Origin: an uncultured virus (IMG/VR IMGVR_UViG_3300035188_001352) | Lineage: Duplodnaviria; Heunggongvirae; Uroviricota; Caudoviricetes | Direction: 5' to 3' (one strand) | IMG/VR virus record: IMGVR_UViG_3300035188_001352 | Coordinates: 1 to 64,000 of that record | DNA: 64,000 nucleotides | Shown here: positions 29,282 to 39,456 of the stretch, piece by piece | Numbering within the stretch: position 1 is the stretch's first letter | Layout of the letters: every line of letters begins with the position of its first letter | The notes under the pieces: model-generated | The model's input: the letters and a program-made list of their open reading frames with translations, nothing else | Told to the model about the DNA's origin: nothing | Databases searched by the model: none | Position numbers and translations under genes: made by a program

Positions 29282-30450
29282 TTATTGAAGCTCTCAATGT
29301 TGATTGAATCGACCACGATTGAAGATTTGTCAAGTTTCATATAAACTTTAATTGCGGAAGGAACCCTAAACTTTTCCATTGCAACTTCTAAAGCTTCTTC
29401 ATCATTAGGGTATTCGTTTCTAATATTTTTGCGATATTCACTTAATGCTTTCCAATAGTTATGATACTCATTACTCTGTGAGTCTAACTGGTATTCAATG
29501 TGACTACGATTATGTTCAGCAACTTGTTTAGCACGAAGGTAATCAAAGTCTAAACGGTTGTACTTCAATATGTACGGAAGACCATTAATTTTGATTTTGT
29601 CCAAGAACCCTTCATTCTTTATTAAGTCAAGAAATTCTTCTGGAGTATCTGCTGCTGGAGCTTTATGTTCTTTGTAAGTATCTAAACGAGCGTTCAACTT
29701 AGCTTTCATCATGCTTATCCAATTTCTCATACCTTTTTCAGTAGATAAATCTTCTTTAGGCGGAGTTATTAAATGAGCATACTTAGCATCAATCTCACGA
29801 GCTTTTTTGCGTCGAGCATTTAGGGCAGTTCGTTCTTCATCGCTTCTGATAACTTTTACTTTGATTGAACCTGTTTTACCATAAATTTCTTTTTGACCTT
29901 TCATTAATGCAATAAGTGCTTTATATAGTTTTCCTTCTGAACCTTCAGATGTTTTGAGGTCTTCAAGTTCCGCTTTCTTGAAGGCAGCCATAATTTCAGA
30001 AGATTGATTCATCAAATCATGGTCATCTTTGAAAAAGTTTTGCCAAGAACATGCCCAAATGTAAAGTTCTTTGTTGTCATGTCCAGGATGAGGTGGAAGT
30101 TTCAAAAGCGATAGCACTTGTCTATCATCAAATAGTATTACTACGCCCTTGACAGTTTCATCATCTTTAATTAGACGATGCAGTTCAGCTGCACTTTTAG
30201 CGTTTGGAACTTCATCTATCTTTGCATATTGTCCTAAGAACGACGGGAACTTATGTTTAGTAGTACGAGAATAATTAACGCTTCCGCCATAATATCGTCC
30301 TCTTTCATATTCAAGTGAAGTTTTTAGAACCTTTAGTAAATCAGGTTCAATGAAAGAAAGATTCTTCAAATCTTCAAATAGAAGTTCAAAGAAATTATCT
30401 TCTTCTATAATAACTTTATTAGTAGAAGAAAAGAGTTCAAATATTTTCAT
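29266..30450 (-). CDS. Hypothetical late protein with MKIFELF N-terminus (candidate internal head protein)
   Basis: 394 aa; N-terminus matches the array's MKIxELF tag but lacks the C-terminal tag; late promoter 30491-30497. Confidence 0.65.
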   Translation of the reverse strand: MKIFELFSSTNKVIIEEDNFFELLFEDLKNLSFIEPDLLKVLKTSLEYERGRYYGGSVNYSRTTKHKFPSFLGQYAKIDEVPNAKSAAELHRLIKDDETVKGVVILFDDRQVLSLLKLPPHPGHDNKELYIWACSWQNFFKDDHDLMNQSSEIMAAFKKAELEDLKTSEGSEGKLYKALIALMKGQKEIYGKTGSIKVKVIRSDEERTALNARRKKAREIDAKYAHLITPPKEDLSTEKGMRNWISMMKAKLNARLDTYKEHKAPAADTPEEFLDLIKNEGFLDKIKINGLPYILKYNRLDFDYLRAKQVAEHNRSHIEYQLDSQSNEYHNYWKALSEYRKNIRNEYPNDEEALEVAMEKFRVPSAIKVYMKLDKSSIVVDSINIESFNKWNAK

Positions 30451-30490
30451 GAGAGTACAAACCGATATAAGTTAGATTATAGTGATAAGT

Positions 30491-30506
30491 TATTTATTGA
30501 TAAATA
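30491..30506. promoter_or_regulatory. Back-to-back divergent late promoters
   Basis: TATTTATTGATAAATA = ATAAATA on both strands, between array block 2 and the neck gene. Confidence 0.6.
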
Positions 30507-30552
30507 GTTTATACGTATCATCCAATAACTTTATCGTGGACATATTACTCAT

Positions 30553-32067
30553 ATGACAACAATCAATGACAATAACGAATTTTCAACTGCTGAACTTTGG
30601 GCTGAAGGGCGAGCAGTCACTCTTACCTTAACTCGCCCTACTCCAACGACAGTTCAATTGTCTTGGACAATTCCAACATCAACCATTGCTTATAAAGGTC
30701 AAGTCGTTCTTCTTTCGACCTCTCCATTAGAAGTTGCTCAACAACCTGTCGATGGTGTTCGTTACACGAGTTCAACTGACTTATTAGTTGCAGCTGATAC
30801 AATAGGTGGCGCTCAAGTAGTATCTGCAAATTATTGGATATTTCAAGACCCTCTTACTACTCAATCGGTTACTATTACTAATGCTGACCCTAACGAAGTC
30901 TATTACGCATCTATTCATATATGTACTAATGTCATTCAGTACTATCCATTTGGTTCAAAATCATATGCACTAGATGGGTCACGAGCTGAACATAATGTTG
31001 ATGGATATACTGGTTCAATTCCTCAATCAACAACACCTCCACTCAATCCAACAGTTGGACAGGTCTTCTATAACCCTGTGTCAAATTCTGTATCAATGTG
31101 GAACGGTGCTGCATGGATACCTGCAAGTGCAGGTACAGTCAAAACAGGTCATGCTTTTCCAACCTCTCCAATTGCTGGTGAGTTCTTCTATAACTTAAAC
31201 ACACATATCTTATATGTATGGAATGCGGTTCAATGGATACAAGCTAACGTTGACCAAGTGGGAACCCCTTCATATGATAAGGTTCCAATCGGCACGACAG
31301 GTTCGTTAGACGAACGAGTTCGATTGGTCAATGTATTGAAAGCACAACTTGGTTGGCCTTCAGTATGTGTCGAATTGAAGGAAGAAAATTTTGAGACTGC
31401 TATCGACATTTCACTATCTGAGTTTAGAAGACGTGCTGATAATGCATATGAAAGAAGACATATTTTCTTTACTGTTACAGCTGGACAAAATGCTTATTAC
31501 ATGAATGACCCGACAGTTGGAACTGATAGAATAGTTGACATCTATAAAGCTCATCGTGTTAGCACTATCGGTTTGAATGTATTGGGTGGAGATAATGGTA
31601 TCTATTCGCAAATCTTTTACAATCAGTTTTTCTATGGAAGTCAGATTGATATTCTTTCAATTCACTTAGCTCAACAACTTGCAGAAGAGTATGGTAAAAT
31701 CTTTGCAGCAGATTGGCCATTTGAATGGAATGAAGCTAAGCGAGAATTTAATATACTTCGCAAAATCTATAAAGATGAGAAAGTAGTATTAGAATGCTTT
31801 ATGGAACGTTCTGAGCAAGAGTTATTGACAGATAGATGGGCTAAGAATTGGATACGCGACTGGGCATTAGCGAAATGCTGGGAGATGTTAGGGATGAACC
31901 GTTCTAAGTTTGGTACGTTACCTGGAGCAGGTGGTGGATTGACATTAAATGGTGACATGTTACTCCAGAAGTCAGAAACCATGTATACAGAACTTATGAG
32001 ACAGATGAACGATTTTGAAGTTGGCAACAACGTAGGTGGCGGAAATGTTGCTTTCTTATTAGGCTAA
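30553..32067 (+). CDS. Neck protein (T4 gp13-like) with N-terminal extension
   Basis: LKAQLGWPSVCVEL, WIRDWALA.C..MLG..RSKF..LPG.GGG.TLNGD. Confidence 0.85.
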   Translation: MTTINDNNEFSTAELWAEGRAVTLTLTRPTPTTVQLSWTIPTSTIAYKGQVVLLSTSPLEVAQQPVDGVRYTSSTDLLVAADTIGGAQVVSANYWIFQDPLTTQSVTITNADPNEVYYASIHICTNVIQYYPFGSKSYALDGSRAEHNVDGYTGSIPQSTTPPLNPTVGQVFYNPVSNSVSMWNGAAWIPASAGTVKTGHAFPTSPIAGEFFYNLNTHILYVWNAVQWIQANVDQVGTPSYDKVPIGTTGSLDERVRLVNVLKAQLGWPSVCVELKEENFETAIDISLSEFRRRADNAYERRHIFFTVTAGQNAYYMNDPTVGTDRIVDIYKAHRVSTIGLNVLGGDNGIYSQIFYNQFFYGSQIDILSIHLAQQLAEEYGKIFAADWPFEWNEAKREFNILRKIYKDEKVVLECFMERSEQELLTDRWAKNWIRDWALAKCWEMLGMNRSKFGTLPGAGGGLTLNGDMLLQKSETMYTELMRQMNDFEVGNNVGGGNVAFLLG

Positions 32068-32762
32068 AAAGTAGCATACTCGTCAAAATCGTTTTCAATA
32101 AGTTCACGTTGACACGTAATTACATCTTTTGATTTCATATGACTATTGACAATATCTGACAGAGTTCGTAAAGCATTTACTCGTTCATTAGGAGTGCCAA
32201 CTTCAGATACACCAAATTCATCATTGAAACTAATTCCTATTAGTTTTGGTATTTTTAGTACTCCAAGAATTGCATATCCAAGAGTACTTGGTAAAGGTAA
32301 TCGTTCAGCAATAAAGCCATCTTTACCAAAGTACTTATCAATGCCAGATAAAGAATGTAATGATTGACATCTTGATAAATCTAATCTTCCATTGATTTTC
32401 TTTGGAATGCCTTCAAAAGAAGTTAGATTTCCTTCAACAATCACATCGCCATCCACGGAAGAAAGTAATCGATAAAACTCGTTCTTCTGACTATCTGGAA
32501 TACAGGAATCAATATTACCACGAACTTTTTCAAATGTTATAAGTTGTTTTTGTTGAACTCTTGATGGAACATTATATTGCCAATTATTAAAAGCGGTACC
32601 CACATAATTATCATACATTGTTTTGACAGAAATCCTCATCCCTGAGGAAAATGTCATCTTACTGACATTCGGTTCACTGTCTCCAAAGTATGATTGAGAA
32701 TAGTCAGGCTCAAATTGACCTAAAAACAATTCTCTAAACTTATCCATCGATAACGAACTCAT
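32064..32762 (-). CDS. Array family orphan member 28
   Basis: LTSFEGIP, SLSGIDK, ILGVLKIPKL; ends ITCQRELIENDFDEYATF. Confidence 0.85.
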   Translation of the reverse strand: MSSLSMDKFRELFLGQFEPDYSQSYFGDSEPNVSKMTFSSGMRISVKTMYDNYVGTAFNNWQYNVPSRVQQKQLITFEKVRGNIDSCIPDSQKNEFYRLLSSVDGDVIVEGNLTSFEGIPKKINGRLDLSRCQSLHSLSGIDKYFGKDGFIAERLPLPSTLGYAILGVLKIPKLIGISFNDEFGVSEVGTPNERVNALRTLSDIVNSHMKSKDVITCQRELIENDFDEYATF

Positions 32763-32763
32763 T

Positions 32764-33060
32764 TTAGTCGATAATTGAAAGCTCTAATTTTGGGAATTCT
32801 AATTCAGGTAATGGAGGATTGATAACATTAGACGGTACATCAGATTCAGGTGTTTCAATTTTTGGAATAGTTGCATCGTCGATAACACCATCAGTTTTTA
32901 GAATCATAGCACTTCCGGCAACACGACGACGGTCAGGATTGTTTGTCATGGTTGATTCATTTACTACAGTTGCGGCTGCAGCCGTTTTAGGGGTAACAAC
33001 TACAGGTTGTGCAAAACAAACGTTAGCACTGATAAGTAAAAGGGTTAGTAAGTATTTCAT
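32764..33060 (-). CDS. Secreted hypothetical protein
   Basis: Signal peptide MKYLLTLLLISANVCFA. Confidence 0.6.
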   Translation of the reverse strand: MKYLLTLLLISANVCFAQPVVVTPKTAAAATVVNESTMTNNPDRRRVAGSAMILKTDGVIDDATIPKIETPESDVPSNVINPPLPELEFPKLELSIID

Positions 33061-33097
33061 AATTAAGTTCTCCTTTGTGAGAAATGTGGTTATAAGT

Positions 33098-33592
33098 TTA
33101 TTCAGGTAATACGATTAGCAGTGTTCCTTCAGGCAAAGTATTCAATTTTTGATAGAAGAAATCAGAATCAACATTGATACATCCACCGGTAATACGGTTA
33201 TCATCTATTTGCGGACTTTTCAATCTTTCAATTCTTTTTTGGTCAGGATTCCCCTTCCAAAGTGGATGAATAGCTGCAACTGCATTCTGACCTTTGATAA
33301 AAACTAGCATATCTTCACCTAATCGCCATGAAAAAGTTTTAGATGTTTTGAACGAACCTGATGGAGTGACATAGTTCGTTTTAGACGGATAATCATATAC
33401 ATTCATATCTAGCTTATCAGATTTCACTTTACCAAATAAAGCTGGTTGAGTAATTTTTTGACCAGTTTCAGGATAAAATACTGATATCGTTGCTTGTTTT
33501 TTATCCGCGATAATAACAGGATCTTTGTCAGTAGAGGCTGTTACTAACTGCGAAAAGCTAATCGTTATCAAAAAGGCAAATACTGATTTCAT
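33098..33592 (-). CDS. L,D-transpeptidase (YkuD-like) catalytic domain protein, exported
   Basis: Signal peptide; PALFG, TPSGSF, AIH...RITGGCINV catalytic His/Cys motif. Confidence 0.8.
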   Translation of the reverse strand: MKSVFAFLITISFSQLVTASTDKDPVIIADKKQATISVFYPETGQKITQPALFGKVKSDKLDMNVYDYPSKTNYVTPSGSFKTSKTFSWRLGEDMLVFIKGQNAVAAIHPLWKGNPDQKRIERLKSPQIDDNRITGGCINVDSDFFYQKLNTLPEGTLLIVLPE

Positions 33593-34173
33593 AGTTCTAA
33601 TGTATCTTTTTCTTCTGGAGTTTGGATATCTTCTTCAAGAGTATCACAGGTTAAACGATTAGTAGTTTTTTCATAATCTGCATCACGAACTCTCATTTCA
33701 TTGATATAACCCGATGGGGGTATTGCAATTGCAACATCGTCAAAAGCCCAAATAGTTTGAGTCATTTTACCGATTTTGATAAATGCATTTTTGTCAATTA
33801 AGAACTCATATGGAAGAGAAGTTTCAAATGTAAAATCTTGTAATCTCCAATCTATAGTAACACATTTTGGAGTAGAAGATTTATTATTTCCATTGATAAC
33901 CCATACATCGAGTTTAACACCACGATGTTCAATTGGTGCTGAACGAACAGCTTCAATAACTACATCATCTTCTTCTTTTACCTTTACATAGTCTGCAGTT
34001 TTTTCAGATACAAACGGGTCTTCTTTTTTCTTCTGAGCGTTTTTGACTTTATTGATTTGATCATATTCTAATTTTTCAGCATCGTATTCTTGTATAGTCA
34101 TACAACCTGTACTTAAGAATATGCTAATACCTATTACTAACAACAACGATGAATGTTTAAACATTTGATTCAT
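33589..34173 (-). CDS. Lipoprotein, unknown function
   Basis: Lipobox-like LSTGC after hydrophobic stretch; GAGG SD before ATG 34173. Confidence 0.65.
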   Translation of the reverse strand: MNQMFKHSSLLLVIGISIFLSTGCMTIQEYDAEKLEYDQINKVKNAQKKKEDPFVSEKTADYVKVKEEDDVVIEAVRSAPIEHRGVKLDVWVINGNNKSSTPKCVTIDWRLQDFTFETSLPYEFLIDKNAFIKIGKMTQTIWAFDDVAIAIPPSGYINEMRVRDADYEKTTNRLTCDTLEEDIQTPEEKDTLEL

Positions 34174-34277
34174 AACCTCTGTAGGTATAAACAAAAACTG
34201 CCGGTTATCAGACCGAAATCCAACACCAGCAGTTTGTATTGTGTCTAAGATTTAAAACTTACCGGTAAGTCTTATTC

Positions 34278-34907
34278 TTAGTAAGTGCGTGAAGCTTGAG
34301 CTTGTTCAAGTTGATTCAAGATTTCTTGAGTACGTTTTGCAACTTCATCTTGGTCATCACGAACAACTGCATCAGTAGCAGGAGCAGGCACTTCTTTTAC
34401 AACTTCAGCAACAGGTGCTGGAGCAGGAGCAGGAGCCGCTACAGTATAGATACCACCGTCTTCAGCACAAGGACGGCCAACACGTTTAAATGCTTCACGA
34501 ACTAAATCGCTGTCACACATAATTTCTTTAGCAGCTTGAACATCGCCGAAAGTTTTAATCTCACGAGCATCTAAACGACGTACGCAAGCTGAATCTCTCC
34601 AGGTTGTACCAAAGCTGAAAGAACCACCAGAAAAACCACCACCAACTGAAGTTGAACCCATACAGGTTTCAGTCAAAGTAGTTGTCAAAGCAGGAGCAGC
34701 AGCAAAGCCAACAGCTTTTGACATATCAGAAGCAGCAACATTGTTTACGCTGTTATCATTACCTAAACCTGCACCACGACCTTCACCACCAACTGCAACA
34801 CCGGCACTTTGAGTTTGATTCGATCTTGCTTCAGAACCTGAGTTCACATCCGCAAAGCTAGTTGCAGAAATACACAACAAAGCGATAATTGCGATTATTT
34901 TTTTCAT
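34278..34907 (-). CDS. Secreted Cys-containing protein
   Basis: Signal peptide MKKIIAIIALLCISATSFA; motif APALT...TCMGS...SFGTTW.D..C.R. Confidence 0.7.
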   Translation of the reverse strand: MKKIIAIIALLCISATSFADVNSGSEARSNQTQSAGVAVGGEGRGAGLGNDNSVNNVAASDMSKAVGFAAAPALTTTLTETCMGSTSVGGGFSGGSFSFGTTWRDSACVRRLDAREIKTFGDVQAAKEIMCDSDLVREAFKRVGRPCAEDGGIYTVAAPAPAPAPVAEVVKEVPAPATDAVVRDDQDEVAKRTQEILNQLEQAQASRTY

Positions 34908-34941
34908 GTCATTTCCTTTAAAAAAGATTATTTGAATAAAC

Positions 34942-34974
34942 AGTGGGTGAGTATAAAAAACATACTCACCCACT
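34942..34974 (-). terminator. 13-bp hairpin between two secreted-protein genes (terminator/attenuator)
   Basis: AGTGGGTGAGTAT / ATACTCACCCACT. Confidence 0.6.
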
Positions 34975-35019
34975 ATTCAATTTACACCGCTAAGCAGTTA
35001 GTATAATCAAAAGTTCGTA

Positions 35020-35679
35020 TTAACGAACGATTGAGAATACTTCACCTTCTTCTACAGCGAAACCTAATGAACCAGCTTGACCTAAGCTAAACGCTTCGTT
35101 AGAAGTACCACCTAAAGTAGCAGCAGAAGTACTTACAGTGTCACCACGTCCGTCACGAGTACCCCAAGCAATGTTGCCAGCAGAGGTTTCTTGACCAGCT
35201 ATACCAAAACCATTTTCGTTTGTACCAGCACCGCTTACAGAACCTACAGCAGCTTCGCTTTCAGCACTCAAAGAAGGGTGATGATAACGATTAGCAGCAT
35301 TAGCTTCAGCAGAACCACCTTGAACAGCAACAGCACTAGTTCCAGCATCTACATAAGCATGTCCAATTGCATCTGATTGGCTAGCAGCCAATACACCGGT
35401 TGAACCTGAAGTAGCAGCCAAAGTTCCAACAGAACCGTGACCAGCTTCAGCAACTGCAGTTGCAGTGTTTTGAGCGCCTGCACCTACGATTTGGTTTGAA
35501 TAAGCTGCACCGTTACCTACAACAGCGATTTCACTACCGGAAGAAACAGAAACACCTGAGAATGAAGAAGTGTCAGTTGAAGTCACACCGTGACCATAGT
35601 GACCATAACCTTCTGCAAACACAGCGCCAGCAGCCAAAGTAGCGATTACAGCAGTTAACATTTTGATTGAAGTTTTCAT
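35020..35679 (-). CDS. Secreted Gly/Ala/Ser-rich repetitive protein
   Basis: Signal peptide ending AVFA; low-complexity beta-strand-like repeats. Confidence 0.75.
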   Translation of the reverse strand: MKTSIKMLTAVIATLAAGAVFAEGYGHYGHGVTSTDTSSFSGVSVSSGSEIAVVGNGAAYSNQIVGAGAQNTATAVAEAGHGSVGTLAATSGSTGVLAASQSDAIGHAYVDAGTSAVAVQGGSAEANAANRYHHPSLSAESEAAVGSVSGAGTNENGFGIAGQETSAGNIAWGTRDGRGDTVSTSAATLGGTSNEAFSLGQAGSLGFAVEEGEVFSIVR

Positions 35680-36013
35680 ATTGAAGTTTTCCTTTGATAA
35701 TTTTAAGTAGAAAAACTATTCATATTATCCTTCTCTCAATTACTCCACATCCATGAAATTTGATTTCATTTCTCAACCGATTTCAAGAGATAAGACAACA
35801 TAAATAGTGTTATATTATTCTCCTCAGAATTACTAAAATAGTTTAGTATTCTCATCGCATAGAAACTATTTTCTCCTCAGTTCAACTCATCGTGCATTGT
35901 TGGGAATAGGTATTCACATACATATCCAACTGTATCCATATCGTGCATATCAAAAATATGCCTCACTAAAATAATCATTGCGACTATTTTTCCTACATTT
36001 CCTTTTGAATCCC

Positions 36014-36388
36014 TTACTTAGACTTGCGATTCCTTGAAATTGTTACAAACCCAACTAATGCAGAACCAAATAACCATACTGCACCTGGCACCGGAACTGA
36101 CGGAACAATTGGGCCACCATTTCCATTACCTACACCGTTATTACCACCACCATTTCCACCGGTTTGCAAATTGCCACCATTGTTATTGCCATTGTTTGTT
36201 TGGATTTGAGTATTACCTGCAAATGGTTGTTTGAAAATTTGTTCATTATGTTCATCATGACGATTGTTATCATGATGATTTTTATCATGACGATTTTTAT
36301 CATGCTTTGATGCCATTACATCAGTAGTTAATACTAATGCAGATAAAGCAGCAGTTACTAACAACGAATTTCTTACCACTCGTCTCAT
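36014..36388 (-). CDS. PEP-CTERM/VPLPA-CTERM-type exosortase substrate, His/Asn/Gly-rich
   Basis: Signal peptide; C-terminus VPVPGAVWLFGSALVGFVTISRNRKSK (motif + TM helix + basic tail). Confidence 0.85.
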   Translation of the reverse strand: MRRVVRNSLLVTAALSALVLTTDVMASKHDKNRHDKNHHDNNRHDEHNEQIFKQPFAGNTQIQTNNGNNNGGNLQTGGNGGGNNGVGNGNGGPIVPSVPVPGAVWLFGSALVGFVTISRNRKSK

Positions 36389-36518
36389 CTCATCTTTACT
36401 CCTCGAACTTATGTGGTTATAAAAACATTTAGTAGATATATTATAAACTAATTTTTTGCAGACTGTATAAATTTTTTCAATCGCTTTAAAATCAGTTTTT
36501 ACAACATTTGTTAGATTT

Positions 36519-36674
36519 ATTATAATCTAGTTTTTTGTCGATGTAAACATTTATTTTTGTGGAACTTTGTAAGAATGTTTTACAATAAAAAACTTGATTA
36601 TTTCCGTTGAAGCAATTTTGTAAATGTTTCAACAGAATATGTGTCTATTATAACAAGTTTTCGCCTGATGTAAA
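36519..36674 (-). promoter_or_regulatory. Two tandem early (sigma70/T4-early-like) promoters
   Basis: TTTACA-N16/17-TATAAT at 36519-36547 and 36647-36674. Confidence 0.65.
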
Positions 36675-36913
36675 TAGTAGATGATGTAGTAAAGCAACAA
36701 TGTTGTAAAGTCCGTTTAGCATTGTTGCCTTACGAGAAAGTTTGACTTCCGTGAGCACTTTAAACTCGCGCTCTCGTCTCCTCAGTTTGATTACACCTAC
36801 TCTATCCATTTTACACTAAAATCCGTAATGTGTATCGAGTCGATGCTATTTTATTTATAGAAGTTGTGATAAATAGCTCTATCATCTAAAACATTGTAGA
36901 ATAACCACATAAC

Positions 36914-38698
36914 ATGGCCGAAATTACTCCTTATGTTCCACCTGCAGACTTTTGCTTCGGCGATTGGACGATGCAGAATGATTGTACTAAGCTTGATGAA
37001 AAGTTTACTGAGAACCTGATTGCCGAAAGCCTTGAGATAGCAGGTGCCCCAATCAACATTTTCAAGCTACTTGGAGTTCACGAACAAGGCCGATTGATAG
37101 ACCTAACTGGTCAGGGTTACCCACTTTCAAGTGGTGCTGGGGCAGGGTCTGATGCGTCTAATGCATTTGACATTAGCTCAACTTCGTGGCATTCTGCTCA
37201 AGTTGGGTCACTAGTTGTATCGACTCCAGCGTATCTTGGCTACAACTTTGGAACAGTCAAATCAGCGATTACGGGTCAAGCATCAAGTGCTCCACCTGCT
37301 AAGCTTTCGCATCACATCACAACTCTTAAAATCCAACAAGGACCACTTGCTCAAAACCGAGCATTACAAGTCCGTGTTGATAGAGCGACAGGCGAGCTAA
37401 AAGCGTCTAACACATTCATTGGTTCTGGCAACGGACTTTTGGTCAATATCCAACCTGGCTTCAATCCGTCTGAATGTACCATCTTGGTTACTGCATTAAC
37501 GCCTACTTCATTTTCAGTCTTTAGCTCAATTCGTGGTCCTCAGCCTAATGCAACTGTTGGAGTTCATTATGCTAATCAAGATGTTCGCTTTACCATTCAA
37601 CCAGGCAGCATTCCGTTCAGTGTAGGTGATACCTTTACGATAAAACTTGAACTCAATTGGCTTCGCGTAGACATTGTCAATCTACCAAATAGTGCAAATG
37701 TTGAAACTATTGCAATAAGACCTAGTGTGCCTTCACCTTTTTGGCGAATAGTTCCGTTGATGTTCAATGGAGGAATCACTGACTATTGGGAAGTCATAAA
37801 GCTTGAACTGATAGACTATCAATCAACAAACATCAACAACATTCAAGACACTTTGTTCCTTGAAAATCGTGATAGAGACTATGCACAGAACTCCATCACA
37901 CTCAAATGTCAATACCAACCGTTTGATAGCATTGGCGACCTTGGCAAGTTTGGCTTTTCAATCCTTGACCAATATGTCTTTACGTGTTCATTCGCTCGTA
38001 TGGTCCAACTGTTAGGAAGACCCGTTGTAACAGGCGATGTCATTGAAGTGACACCTGAACTTGCATATGACCATAACTTGATGCCTGTTAAAAAGTATCT
38101 TGAAGTCACTGACACTGGATGGAGTGCTGATGGTTATTCTGCTCAATGGAAACCAATGCTTTATCGCTTCCAAGCAATTCAGCTTATTCCTTCTATTGAA
38201 GTACGAGACATTCTTCCAATGCCAGAAGAAGCTGTTCAACGCGTAAGCGATGGTTCTTTCTTCGAGTCTATCACTCAAATTGAAACGACTTCATTACGTG
38301 CAAGCGAAACGACTAAAGTCGAGTCCCAAGCAGCAGTTCCTGAAGTTGGTGAAGACATTACTGATTTAGACACTCGTATCCCTGAACCATGGAAAGATAA
38401 GATAGCTCCTCAGCAAACGAATATGTATGTTGAGAACGGACTTCCACCAAACGGAGAACCTTATGGTGAAGGTTACAAACTTCCAGACATCACGGTTGCA
38501 ACTGATGGTGAATACTATCGCCTCAACTATGAAAGTTCTACAAACATCCCTGCTCGTCTCTATAAGTTTAGCGCAATCAAAAATCGTTGGTTGTATGTTG
38601 AGACTGATAGACGAGGAGAATATTCAAGTCATAAACCCTCGGTTCGTAATGCTCTTATTAGCCTTGGAAGAAGAACTTTACAGGATACTGACATATAA
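36914..38698 (+). CDS. Neck/head-closure protein (T4 gp14-like) with inserted domains
   Basis: LIAESLEIAG.PI, IQD.LFLENRDRDY, DL.KFG, GDVIE; precedes gp15-like gene; late promoter 36869-36875. Confidence 0.75.
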   Translation: MAEITPYVPPADFCFGDWTMQNDCTKLDEKFTENLIAESLEIAGAPINIFKLLGVHEQGRLIDLTGQGYPLSSGAGAGSDASNAFDISSTSWHSAQVGSLVVSTPAYLGYNFGTVKSAITGQASSAPPAKLSHHITTLKIQQGPLAQNRALQVRVDRATGELKASNTFIGSGNGLLVNIQPGFNPSECTILVTALTPTSFSVFSSIRGPQPNATVGVHYANQDVRFTIQPGSIPFSVGDTFTIKLELNWLRVDIVNLPNSANVETIAIRPSVPSPFWRIVPLMFNGGITDYWEVIKLELIDYQSTNINNIQDTLFLENRDRDYAQNSITLKCQYQPFDSIGDLGKFGFSILDQYVFTCSFARMVQLLGRPVVTGDVIEVTPELAYDHNLMPVKKYLEVTDTGWSADGYSAQWKPMLYRFQAIQLIPSIEVRDILPMPEEAVQRVSDGSFFESITQIETTSLRASETTKVESQAAVPEVGEDITDLDTRIPEPWKDKIAPQQTNMYVENGLPPNGEPYGEGYKLPDITVATDGEYYRLNYESSTNIPARLYKFSAIKNRWLYVETDRRGEYSSHKPSVRNALISLGRRTLQDTDI

Positions 38699-39450
38699 TG
38701 ATTACAGAATACTTTTATGCAAAACAACTAAGAAGCTACATTCGTCAATTTTGCGGTATCTTTACAGGACTTACTATTGTCACTGGCATTGGAGAGACCG
38801 GCGAACCTTCAACATATCGCGTTCCGATAGTAGTTGGAAGTAGAGATAGAGTTGTAGCTGCAATTATGTCAGGTAATACTCAAAACAAACCTTTCAGTAT
38901 TCCTATGATGTCAGCGACATTGTCTGGATTGGACTTATCTCCTGAACGTCGCAAAGGAGTTGGCGTAGTTGATAGAAAAGTTTACCTTCCAACTGGTGGC
39001 GTATTTCCTGATGACTTACGCTTGAACAAACGTATCATGCCTATTCCGTATAATGCAAATATGGAACTTGCTGTTTATGCTAGTAACACTGAACAAATGC
39101 ATCAGATGATTGAACAAATTCTAATGCTATTTGACCCAGTTCTACAACTTCAAACTAGCGATGCTCCTTTTGATTGGACTAAGATTACTAGCGTTGAATT
39201 GACAGGTATCAATAATGAAGAGAATTATCCGATTGGAACAGAAAAAAGAATTATAGTTTGGTCGTTCAACTTTTTAGTTCAAATCTACTTATCGGCGCCA
39301 ATGGATATTAGAGATGAAATTATTCGTGAAATCAATATACGTATTGGGAATATGAATGGCATGGCACTAGATGAAGTTGACGCTGACGGCGAATTACAAC
39401 CGTTCCAAGAAGTCTATGGACCTGTTCTTAACATTCATTATGAAGAATAG
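38698..39450 (+). CDS. Tail sheath stabilizer / tail terminator (T4 gp15-like)
   Basis: YFY..Q.R.YI.QF..IF, VPI..G, P.PYN...EL, QMIEQIL..F.P. Confidence 0.85.
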   Translation: MITEYFYAKQLRSYIRQFCGIFTGLTIVTGIGETGEPSTYRVPIVVGSRDRVVAAIMSGNTQNKPFSIPMMSATLSGLDLSPERRKGVGVVDRKVYLPTGGVFPDDLRLNKRIMPIPYNANMELAVYASNTEQMHQMIEQILMLFDPVLQLQTSDAPFDWTKITSVELTGINNEENYPIGTEKRIIVWSFNFLVQIYLSAPMDIRDEIIREINIRIGNMNGMALDEVDADGELQPFQEVYGPVLNIHYEE

Positions 39451-39456
39451 TATAAC

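Noticed and set aside
36740..36790. Hammerhead ribozyme (CTGAGGA on minus strand)
   Set aside because: No GAAA core after the adjoining stem and no consistent three-stem junction
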